Shown here: in pieces, positions 19,027 to 26,767 of the stretch | Layout of the letters: each line of letters starts with the position of its first letter | Position numbering within the stretch: position 1 is the first letter of the stretch | Virus record (IMG/VR): IMGVR_UViG_3300035210_000087 | Location: 1 to 58,822 of that record | Direction: 5' to 3' (one strand) | Origin: a virus | Lineage: Duplodnaviria; Caudoviricetes | DNA length: 58,822 nt | Notes under the pieces: model-generated | Seen by the model: the letters and a program-made list of their open reading frames with translations, nothing else | Told to the model about the DNA's origin: nothing | Databases searched by the model: none | Program-made: the position numbers and the translations under genes

Positions 19027-19908
19027 ATGGCTGCGAAGAAAAAAGAAGAAGAACCGGCCACGATTGTCGTTGAGCCGCTCGAAATCGGCGAGATGAAGTT
19101 TCACCTCATCGGAAATTCGCCGTTCATTTTCAACACGATGAGCGAGAAGGTAAAAATCTATCTGCTGATCCCGCCGCCCGGCAAGAAGACGGCCGCGGAC
19201 AAGGCGGCCACCCTCAAGCACGACCCGGAGCAGGAGTTTCGGGATAGCGCCTCGCGAAACCTCGGCAACACCTGCGCCACCCGCCTCTGCCACCCGACGC
19301 CCGCCTTCAAGAACGCCATCGCTTCGGCCGCGCTCGACATGCCGGGCGCCGCCAAGACGGAGATCGGCCGCCTGAGTTGGGTGACGGGATACGCCGTCGA
19401 CATCTACGGGATCCCGAAGCTGCTGATGAGCGTCGTGAAGATGAACAACGCGGCCAGGACGCCCGATGTCCGGACGCGGGCAATCCTCATGGAATGGGCT
19501 TGCAGTTTCACGATCCAGTTTGCGAGGCCGAAACTGACGGCTCAAGCAATGACCAACCTCGCTGTCGCGGCCGGCATGATCCGTGGCGTCGGCGATTTTC
19601 GCCAGGAAAAGGGCAAGGGCAGCTTCGGGCGCTTCCAGGTCGTTGGGCCTGACAACCCCGACTACAAGCGGATCATCGCCACCGGCGGCCGGGGAGCGCA
19701 GGACGCCGCCCTTGAAGAGTGCGAGCCGGCTGACGACGAAAGCGAACGGCTGTTGAGCCTCTACAAAATCGAGGCCGCCCGCCTCGGTCGCGAGCCGGTG
19801 CGCCGCCCTCCCCCCGTCGAGAAGATTGCCAAGAAGAACGTCGCCGCCGGCGCTGCCGTCGCCAAGCGCCAGGCCGCCAAGCGCAACGGGACAGGAGCAC
19901 GCAAATGA
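19027..19908 (+). CDS. stand-alone Cas7/RAMP-like RNA-binding protein (candidate VIPR-type effector)
   Basis: RAMP motif order: FHLIGNSPFIFN, HPTPAFKNAIASAA, R-T-R..W, and Gly-rich loop GVGDFRQEKGKGSFGRFQV; AGGAG RBS. Confidence 0.8.
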   Translation: MAAKKKEEEPATIVVEPLEIGEMKFHLIGNSPFIFNTMSEKVKIYLLIPPPGKKTAADKAATLKHDPEQEFRDSASRNLGNTCATRLCHPTPAFKNAIASAALDMPGAAKTEIGRLSWVTGYAVDIYGIPKLLMSVVKMNNAARTPDVRTRAILMEWACSFTIQFARPKLTAQAMTNLAVAAGMIRGVGDFRQEKGKGSFGRFQVVGPDNPDYKRIIATGGRGAQDAALEECEPADDESERLLSLYKIEAARLGREPVRRPPPVEKIAKKNVAAGAAVAKRQAAKRNGTGARK

Positions 19909-20378
19909 GCGCCCGACTGGAGGTGCTTGCCCTCGCCGACAAGCACAAGGGGAAGTTCACCCCCGCCATGCTCGTGGCTGCGGCCAGGAAGCCGACCTCG
20001 GCGCTGCACCGGCGGTTTGAGTGGGACGACACGATTGCCGGGCAGAAATACCGGCTTTACCAGGCGCGGCTGATTATCAACGTGGTCGTCATGCCGTCGA
20101 TCGCCGGCAAGACCACTGTTGCGATCCCGGTTTTCGTGAGGAACCCGGAGATGGCATACAACGTGCAGGGATATGTTGCGGTCGAGCAACTTGCTGCCAA
20201 CCCGGAATCCGCGATGGAGAGCGTCAACGCTGAGTTCTCGCGGGTGCTGCAGGCGTTGACGCGGGCGCGGCATTTGGCTGTGGCGCTCGGCTTCGCCAGG
20301 GACATTGACCGGCTGATGGAAGATGTGCGCAAGCTCGCGGGCCGGATCCCGTCGCCCCCTAAACGCAAGGCGGCGTGA
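19905..20378 (+). CDS. accessory protein coupled to the RAMP-like gene
   Basis: ATGA overlap; TPAMLVAAARKPTSALHRRFEWDDTIAGQKYRLYQARLII phage motif. Confidence 0.8.
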   Translation: MSARLEVLALADKHKGKFTPAMLVAAARKPTSALHRRFEWDDTIAGQKYRLYQARLIINVVVMPSIAGKTTVAIPVFVRNPEMAYNVQGYVAVEQLAANPESAMESVNAEFSRVLQALTRARHLAVALGFARDIDRLMEDVRKLAGRIPSPPKRKAA

Positions 20379-20385
20379 GCCGGTA

Positions 20386-20951
20386 GGATGTCACGGAACG
20401 GCGAGGCTGGGTGCGGCTAGGCGGGGCGGGGCATGGCCCGGCTCGGCCGTCAAAGCAAGGCTGGGCATGGCGGGGCTAGGCGCGGCATGGATCGGCGCGG
20501 CCGTCTCGGCTTGGCACGGCTCGGCTAGGCCCGGCAGGGCGAGGCACGGCTTGCCCAGGCAGTCGTGGCGGAGCCCGGATTGGCCCGGCCCGGCCCGGCT
20601 CGGCACGCCACGGCGCGGCTCGGCCGTCTTGGCAAGGCATGGCTCGGCGCGGCGCGGCGGGGCATGGCGCGGCCGTCTACACCCGGCCAACAATGGACCG
20701 GAGAGGCATGGTGCGGCGCGGCCCGGTAGGGCCGTCCACATCGGGGCAGGCAGCACGAGCCTGCCCTTCGTGCCGAAAGACCAACGGATGTCACGGAGAG
20801 GCAGTCTTGGCTTGGCTAGGCACGGCCCGGTCGGGCCAGGTTCGGCAGGGCCGTCCAGGATCGGCTAGGCATGGCAAGGCCGGGCTTGGCTCGGCAGTCC
20901 AGGCAAGGCGGGGCGCCAAGGTGCCGGTGGGGAGCGATCCTCGCCGGCACC
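20386..20951 (+). ncRNA. GGY-NN pentamer array segmented by GGC(C/A)GTC; candidate guide-RNA array
   Basis: 5-nt periodic GGC/GGT/GGA plus variable dinucleotide; delimiters at 20386, 20445, 20499, 20558, 20622, 20671, 20730, 20786, 20800, 20849, 20893; closing GNRA hairpin 20920-20951. Confidence 0.8.
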
Positions 20952-21036
20952 GACCCCTATACGGGATACCCGCAATCAGGGTCTTGCCAAACTGTCATCA
21001 ATCAAGGCAGCGTAACGGGCCGGCATGGGGCCGGCA

Positions 21037-21070
21037 AAAGAAAGGGCCGGACCCCGAAGGACCCGGCCCT
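21037..21070 (-). terminator. rho-independent terminator
   Basis: Minus strand AGGGCCGGGTCC-TTCG-GGGTCCGGCCCT followed by TTCTTTT. Confidence 0.7.
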
Positions 21071-21280
21071 AACCTTTAGATGGAGGAGAAGCGAAACCGA
21101 GAAGCACCTCGGCACACCCGCAACGCAACCACCTTTGATGCAGCGCCTTTGCAGGGCGCGGGATCACCTAAGGAGTGACCCCAGCATCATAGAGAAATCG
21201 GCTGCCGTCAAGCTGCATCGTTGCAGCTTACGCGGGTGTGCGCGCCTCTCGGTTTCGCCTCTCCCCGATCGGGAGATGAG

Positions 21281-21916
21281 ATGCACATTTCGCCGCCCCC
21301 GAAGCACCGCGCCGGCGCCACAAGTGAGGCCCCGCCGCCCGTAGATTTCAGCCCGGCCGAGATGCATCTGTGGCGGTGCCGCGCCTGGGAGGCCTTCCGC
21401 ATCGGCGCCATCAACGGGGATCACTACGCCCTGATCTTGGCTCTGTCGGGGGGCATGGCCCTCGGGCTCCCTTACTTCCCCAGCCTCGCCAACATCGCCG
21501 AGATGGTCGGCCGCTCAAGAACCACCGTGCGCAAGTGGTTGGGGCGGCTGCAGAAGGTCGGGCTGCTGATCATCATCCCCCGGAAGGTCCTGGTGCCGTG
21601 GCTGGGCAGCCGCCGGGGCGGCATGCAGGGGGTGCAGACCACCAACGCCTATCTGCCGCGCCTACCGGAGCCGGATGAAGTTTTCGAGCCGCGCCGCCGC
21701 AACTGTGAGGCCGTCCAGCGGCCAGGACTCAAGGGTAGTTCTATTAAGAAGAAAGAAGAGGGAAATCAGCCTGTTGACAACTCGCGGTCGCAACAACTGT
21801 CCCTGGAGTGGGCGGGATCGCTGGCGCCATGGGAGAGGCGGGCGGCCTTGGATGCCAGAACCGCCTCGGTAGAGGCAAGGCTGGCAGCGGAATATGCCAG
21901 GAGGCGGGTGTTCTGA
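21281..21916 (+). CDS. second winged-HTH replication-type protein (plasmid RepA-like)
   Basis: FPSLANIAEMVGRSRTTVRKWLGRLQKVGLL and QTTNAY motif; start uncertain. Confidence 0.65.
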   Translation: MHISPPPKHRAGATSEAPPPVDFSPAEMHLWRCRAWEAFRIGAINGDHYALILALSGGMALGLPYFPSLANIAEMVGRSRTTVRKWLGRLQKVGLLIIIPRKVLVPWLGSRRGGMQGVQTTNAYLPRLPEPDEVFEPRRRNCEAVQRPGLKGSSIKKKEEGNQPVDNSRSQQLSLEWAGSLAPWERRAALDARTASVEARLAAEYARRRVF

Positions 21917-22184
21917 CGCACAAGCCGCCAGCGTTTCACCAACATTTGGTTGAGCAAACAGGCCGCGGAAAGGCGGCAACGGAAGAGCTGCGCTGTCCAC
22001 CTAGTTATCTCGGGCAGTTAGCTAGGCAGTCTCAGCAAGCGCGAGACTCCCGGCCCCGGAATCCCACCCGGTGGGAGAGCTGCGCCCGGAGAGATTTGAC
22101 CCAGATCAAGAGTGCGTGAAGACCTGAAGTTCAGTCCGGGCGCGTAACTCCAAAGAGCGCAGAGTGTAACTGCGTCAACTCAAC

Positions 22185-22748
22185 TTATGGTTGACTTGCC
22201 TCGATGCTGGCGCCGACAAGTTCGCGTCCCTCTCCTGGGGTCGCATCGGGATCAACTGGCGGCGGCGCTTCCCTCCCTGGCGTCGCCGCATCTTTGTCAA
22301 CGATGTCGGGCTGCCAAATTTCATCGAAGGTTTGCCCGTTTGCCCGGATGGTTTGCCCGGTTTGCCTGGACCGGCGGACCAGCTTTCCTGGTAGGCCGCG
22401 CGCCTCCCGCAGCCTGATCCTGGCGGCGCCGTAGGCCTCCCGCGCCACGCTCCGGGGCAAGCTCGGCGCGACGGCGCCAACGGCTGCGACAGCTTGCAGC
22501 AAGGCCGCGAGATCAGCGGTCTCCACCGTCACCAGGGCTGGTAAAACCTCCGGTTTGTCTGGTTGTCCCGGCGGTAAAACCTGTGTGCCCGCGTCGATCG
22601 CGGCCTGGGTGTCGACGGCGCGGACCAGGAATTCGCCCATTGTCTCGCCAGCCCGGGTAGCGGACGCTGCCATCTTCAGGCGCGTGGCGATTGGCACCGC
22701 CTTGATCGTCATCGACTTGTCGGTTCGCCGCGGCTTGCCTTCGGTCAT
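22185..22748 (-). CDS. ribbon-helix-helix DNA-binding protein
   Basis: MTIKAVPIATRLKMAASATRAGETMGEFLVRAV; GGAG RBS. Confidence 0.7.
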   Translation of the reverse strand: MTEGKPRRTDKSMTIKAVPIATRLKMAASATRAGETMGEFLVRAVDTQAAIDAGTQVLPPGQPDKPEVLPALVTVETADLAALLQAVAAVGAVAPSLPRSVAREAYGAARIRLREARGLPGKLVRRSRQTGQTIRANGQTFDEIWQPDIVDKDAATPGREAPPPVDPDATPGEGRELVGASIEASQP

Positions 22749-22764
22749 TGCTATCTCCGGCCAA

Positions 22765-22815
22765 GGAAAACCTGGTTTTACCATTGGTTTTACCGTTTCC
22801 GAAATCGGTAAAACC
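22765..22815. promoter_or_regulatory. GGTTTTACC/GGTAAAACC repeat cluster (operator or centromere-like sites)
   Basis: Copies at 22774, 22786, 22807, near-copy 22765; two more in the RHH gene at 22540 and 22573. Confidence 0.6.
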
Positions 22816-22880
22816 ATCTTCACGTTGACCGGCAACGAAAGCATATGCCATTCCGTTGCTTCTAAAGCGAAAGCACACTC

Positions 22881-23762
22881 ATGTCACAAGGCGATCTACG
22901 CTCCCGAATAGCAACACTTGAGAGAGATGGATGGTCAGCAACGAGAACGAGAACAGGACTGATACAAGTCACTCATCCATCAGCACCTAAACCAATTACC
23001 GTTTCTCCACGCAGCCACGGCCAACGAGATTTAGCTAACTTTGACGCCGCTGTCCGCCGCGCGCTCGGCGGGAGCAAGCCAGCCGACAAACCGGCCGCTC
23101 AGGAGCGCAAGGCGCACAAGCCCCGAACGCTCGCCACCGACTTCCACATGCCCGCCCTGGCCGGCGACCGCCTCGCGGCAATGCCCCACACCGAGGCCTA
23201 CGCCCCGGCAGTCAGCGACCCCCCATCGGAATCAGCCCTCGCGTCAGCTCTCCGCGCCTCTCGCAAGGCGGCCATCTCGATGGCGATTGAGCGGCTGCAG
23301 GCCTCCCCGTCCATCGCTCCCAGACCGCAGCAGGCAATGACGCCGATGCCCCAGCCGTCCCGGCGGCAGCGGCAGCAGGACCGGCCCATTCCAACCAGGC
23401 CGCTGGCCCCGTTCGAGGCCCGGCCCCGCGTTTCAGAAAGCTCGGCGACCTTTCCCAATCCGCAGCCCGCCGAAACAAAGCCTCCACCGAAAGCCTACGT
23501 GTGGGATCCAATCCGGGGGGGCTTTGTTGACGACCTTGCGCGCGAGGACGAGGCCAAGCGCTTGGCGGCGCAATGGGGCGCGCACTGGGGCGCGGCGATC
23601 CGGGCCGCCCGCGAACGCCGCGGGTGGAGCCAGACCGACCTAGGCGCAGAGATCGGGAAGACCAGCATGAGCGTGTCGCTGTACGAGCGGGAGAAGGTGC
23701 GGCCGTCAGCCCAAGCGCGGGAGAAGTTGCTGAGGGTGCTCGGCGTCACGGTGCCGGCGTAA
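22881..23762 (+). CDS. HicA-like N-terminal domain fused to C-terminal XRE HTH
   Basis: LERDGWSATRTRTGLIQVTHP..ITV; IRAARERRGWSQTDLGAEIGKTSMSVSLYEREKVRP. Confidence 0.7.
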   Translation: MSQGDLRSRIATLERDGWSATRTRTGLIQVTHPSAPKPITVSPRSHGQRDLANFDAAVRRALGGSKPADKPAAQERKAHKPRTLATDFHMPALAGDRLAAMPHTEAYAPAVSDPPSESALASALRASRKAAISMAIERLQASPSIAPRPQQAMTPMPQPSRRQRQQDRPIPTRPLAPFEARPRVSESSATFPNPQPAETKPPPKAYVWDPIRGGFVDDLAREDEAKRLAAQWGAHWGAAIRAARERRGWSQTDLGAEIGKTSMSVSLYEREKVRPSAQAREKLLRVLGVTVPA

Positions 23763-23967
23763 ATTCCGCCGCGCCACAGCAGCACCGGCGGATCGCTTCC
23801 GCGAGATCGGACTGTGCCGTGTCGAGCGCGGACTTCGCCGTGCAGAGCTCGTAGTCCAGTTGATCGACGCGCGCACTGGCCAGCGCGACGGTGCGCCGCA
23901 GGGTGCCGATGAGGTAGGCGGCCTCGCACAGCATCGGCTGTTCATTCACGTTGAGGTCGAGCGTCAC
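23746..23967 (-). CDS. small coiled-coil protein
   Basis: GTG start with AAGGAGG RBS, coupled to the upstream stop. Confidence 0.55.
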   Translation of the reverse strand: MTLDLNVNEQPMLCEAAYLIGTLRRTVALASARVDQLDYELCTAKSALDTAQSDLAEAIRRCCCGAAEFTPAP

Positions 23968-24353
23968 GGCCGGTCCTCCTTTGCTGCCTCCGTCAGATAC
24001 GCGGAGAGCTTTGTGACTGCGTCGCGGGCTTCGGTGAGGGCGCGACCGTACCGAGGCCCGGCGGGGGTCTTTTGCAGGATCGCCATCGCCACCTGGGCGC
24101 GGCGGTTCAGCTTGCGCAGCTCGGTCAACTGCAGCGTGCTCGTAGAGCTGGCGGCGACCGAGAAGGAGTCCCCGACCGCGGCGGCATACTGCTTGGTGAG
24201 CTTGCTGGGCGGCTCCGGTTGGCGCGGCGCCTCGGCGGCGAGCGCTGGCGGCACCGGAAGCACCGGAAAAGGGGCGGGGAGTTCCTCGCTGTGCGGCTGG
24301 CACGCGGCGAGCATCCACGACAGCGCGAGCCAGCATGCTCGTGCCGTTACCAT
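23964..24353 (-). CDS. lipoprotein, possible o-spanin
   Basis: Signal peptide with lipobox LAAC, then Pro-rich stretch. Confidence 0.55.
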   Translation of the reverse strand: MVTARACWLALSWMLAACQPHSEELPAPFPVLPVPPALAAEAPRQPEPPSKLTKQYAAAVGDSFSVAASSTSTLQLTELRKLNRRAQVAMAILQKTPAGPRYGRALTEARDAVTKLSAYLTEAAKEDRP

Positions 24354-24769
24354 TTCCGGGGGACTTTCGGTGCCGGACTGATGAAGTCGAAGATGAAGCC
24401 CACGCGCTCGCGCTCGACGGCCATCTGCTCATGCACGCTGACCAGGTCCTCGCGGAGCTTGTCGACCTGAGCGGTCAGTTGGCGCAGCGCGGCTTCGATG
24501 CGGGCGGCTTGGGCCAGATCGGTGTCGCGCAGGGAGGATGAGGTCCGGACAACGTCCGCCAGCGTGCCCACGCGGCTGGACAGGGCGCTGGTGGTTTCCT
24601 GGAGTTGCCTGATCTCGCGTTCGGACTCGATGTTCGAGCGCAGGTGATTGGAGAGCGAGGAGGCGACCCCGAACACGCCGGACAGGCTGGCTGCCAGAGT
24701 TGCAGCCACCCACCAATATCGTTTGGCGACTGCAATTCTGGTTTCTTGTGTGGCCGGACGCGCGGTCAT
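24347..24769 (-). CDS. membrane-anchored coiled-coil protein, possible i-spanin
   Basis: N-terminal TM helix then coiled coil; overlaps the lipoprotein start. Confidence 0.5.
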   Translation of the reverse strand: MTARPATQETRIAVAKRYWWVAATLAASLSGVFGVASSLSNHLRSNIESEREIRQLQETTSALSSRVGTLADVVRTSSSLRDTDLAQAARIEAALRQLTAQVDKLREDLVSVHEQMAVERERVGFIFDFISPAPKVPRKW

Positions 24770-24817
24770 GCCATTTCGCCGATGTGGGGGCGGGGCCACG
24801 CTTAGCCCCGCCTGGTG

Positions 24818-25156
24818 TCAGGCTTTAGCCGGTGGAGGATCAGCCGCGGGGGCCTTGGCCGGCGCGGCTTCGGCGGGTTTCTCGGTCGCTGCCGGCTTGG
24901 CAGGTGCAGGTGCGGGCGCGGGTGCCGGCGCTGGCGCAGGCTTGGTCTCAAACCCGGTGTTGGCCGCAGCAGCGGTCGCAAACGGGAGGATGGCGCTATC
25001 AAAGGCCGTGTTGAAGGCGCCGATGGCAGCCGGATCTACGCCGCAGGCACGGTGCGCCGCCGCGATCCCTTGCAGCAGGAAGATTACCGACTGCGCGACC
25101 GTCGTGGTCTCTTCCACCTTGCGGCGCAGGGCCTCGAATTCACCAGCCATCAGCAT
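24818..25156 (-). CDS. Ala/Pro-rich hypothetical protein
   Basis: PAPAPA low-complexity tail; start uncertain. Confidence 0.55.
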   Translation of the reverse strand: MLMAGEFEALRRKVEETTTVAQSVIFLLQGIAAAHRACGVDPAAIGAFNTAFDSAILPFATAAAANTGFETKPAPAPAPAPAPAPAKPAATEKPAEAAPAKAPAADPPPAKA

Positions 25157-25284
25157 GTTCCAGTTCTTTGTGCGAGAAATTTCGGGCGCGGCTGATTGCA
25201 CCGCGCGATATACCGGAGCGGCGTAGAGCTACGCCATAAGTTTCAGTAGTGAACCATTTACATCCTTTGTCGCTTGGGTGCCGA

Positions 25285-25665
25285 TCAGCCCGGCAACGCT
25301 AGGAGTTCTGCGGTTCTGGCCGTGTCGATTGCGCCCTCGGCAACGAGAAGCGCAAGCCAGTTTGCGGCCCGCGGCTGGGCGAGGTCGATCCAGCCTTGGG
25401 CCAAGCCGACCGTCAGGCCAAGCTGAATGGTCGGGTTGGAGAGGCACGCGGCCTGCACTTCAAGTTGCTCCGCCGCAGTGAAGCGGGCGAGCCATGCTGA
25501 TGCCGAGATGATGGAGGGCGGCGGCGGTGGTGTGTAGGGGGTTGGGGTGTTCCCTTCCTCCTGCCACTTCAGGAACGCCTGGTAGTCGGCATTGCCGGGG
25601 TCGGCCGGGATGATTGCGCCATCGGCCTCGCGGGAGACGGCGCCGTTTTCCAGAGCTTGATACAC
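25285..25665 (-). CDS. putative tail fibre assembly protein
   Basis: IPADPGNADYQAFLKWQEEGNTP motif; follows the fibre gene. Confidence 0.75.
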   Translation of the reverse strand: MYQALENGAVSREADGAIIPADPGNADYQAFLKWQEEGNTPTPYTPPPPPSIISASAWLARFTAAEQLEVQAACLSNPTIQLGLTVGLAQGWIDLAQPRAANWLALLVAEGAIDTARTAELLALPG

Positions 25666-25674
25666 GCGATTTCC

Positions 25675-26757
25675 TTAAAGGTCGGCCGACAGGGCGACGG
25701 TGCCGGAGAACATGGTGGCGCCGCCCGCGGAAGACGTGGCGGCGTAGTAGGCTGATGACGCGGTGAGCGAGGCGGCCGTCATCGTTGCGGCGTTGGTGTA
25801 GGCCTGCCCACTGAGGGCCGCGGTCGGCGCCACGCGCATTTCGATCGGGTGCATGACGGTGTAGCCGTAGGCCTGCGAGGCGGACACGTAAGTTGTCAGC
25901 TTCGCGGCCACGATCTGGTAGTGCCGCTTGCAGGCTGCGAGGTCGGTGGCGTCGCTGACCGCGCTGAACGGGTTCAGCACCGCCGCCTCTTCGAGCATCA
26001 CGTTAACGAGCTGCAGGGTGTAGCTCTGCGGGGTCACGCCCCACGACGCCCAGCCCGCGCCGCCGGACATGAGGAAATCGAGGATCAGCTTATGGTCATT
26101 CCCCGAGCCGACTGTCTTGCCGGTCAGCGAGGGCAACGTGAAAGTGGATGAATAGCGCGCCCACGTTGTCGACAGGGTCACGGCAACCGGGGCCAACTGG
26201 ACCAGGGCGGACCCGCCAGACCCGAAGCTCTGGCCGAGAGAGAACGCCAACTTGGGCGTGCCCGACGTTGCCCGTGCCGTGAACGACACCGTGACAACCT
26301 TGCCGGCCAGCCGGCGCACGTTTTCGAGGTTCGTCGAGACGCCGCAGAAATCGTTGTAGGCCGAGCCGCCTACCACCACGCCCTGCCAGTAGTGGGTGAC
26401 GGACTGGTCGCCGATCGCCGTACGGTCGGCATCTGCCGCGGCAACCAGGGTGGCCGAGCAGGTGCAGCCGGCGGACAGCCAGATGAACCAGCGATCGGCG
26501 GTGTAGCTGGCGGCTGTGGTCCACGGCCCGGCGCCGCGCTGCTGGACACGAAATTGGGCATTCAGAACGTAATTGCGGGCATTGGCCGAAGCCGAGACGG
26601 CCGCGGCGGCGCGGTAGGCGGCAATGTCAGTGTACCCGGCCACGACATAGGCCAGATACCGGGGATAGGCCGTGCCATCGACGGTGACAGGGTCGTTGTA
26701 GCCGTAGCCGGCGAGCAAGGCCGTGTCGATCGTGATGCCGTCCCAAACGTTCACCAT
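25675..26757 (-). CDS. tail fibre/receptor-binding protein with carbohydrate-binding module
   Basis: RNYVLNAQFRVQQRG..YTADRW and DLAACKRHYQ..MRVAPT motifs. Confidence 0.8.
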   Translation of the reverse strand: MVNVWDGITIDTALLAGYGYNDPVTVDGTAYPRYLAYVVAGYTDIAAYRAAAAVSASANARNYVLNAQFRVQQRGAGPWTTAASYTADRWFIWLSAGCTCSATLVAAADADRTAIGDQSVTHYWQGVVVGGSAYNDFCGVSTNLENVRRLAGKVVTVSFTARATSGTPKLAFSLGQSFGSGGSALVQLAPVAVTLSTTWARYSSTFTLPSLTGKTVGSGNDHKLILDFLMSGGAGWASWGVTPQSYTLQLVNVMLEEAAVLNPFSAVSDATDLAACKRHYQIVAAKLTTYVSASQAYGYTVMHPIEMRVAPTAALSGQAYTNAATMTAASLTASSAYYAATSSAGGATMFSGTVALSADL

Positions 26758-26767
26758 CGGGTGCGTC

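Noticed and set aside
20856-20892. Unit 8 dinucleotides concatenate to ...AATAACGTTT..., which also occurs in some 28-bp repeat units
   Set aside because: Only a 10-nt contiguous match, the remainder mismatches, and the gap rule is unknown; could be chance without a statistical test.
20386-20951. Classical CRISPR array
   Set aside because: No 23-47-nt direct repeats with unique spacers; the constant parts are 3-nt and 7-nt motifs.
20323-21079. ORFs across the GGY-NN array (20323-20868, 20391-20756, 20525-20794, 20639-21079)
   Set aside because: ARHG/AWLG/PCRA-type low-complexity translations arise from a stop-poor 5-nt periodic sequence; no RBS; period 5 is not codon-compatible.
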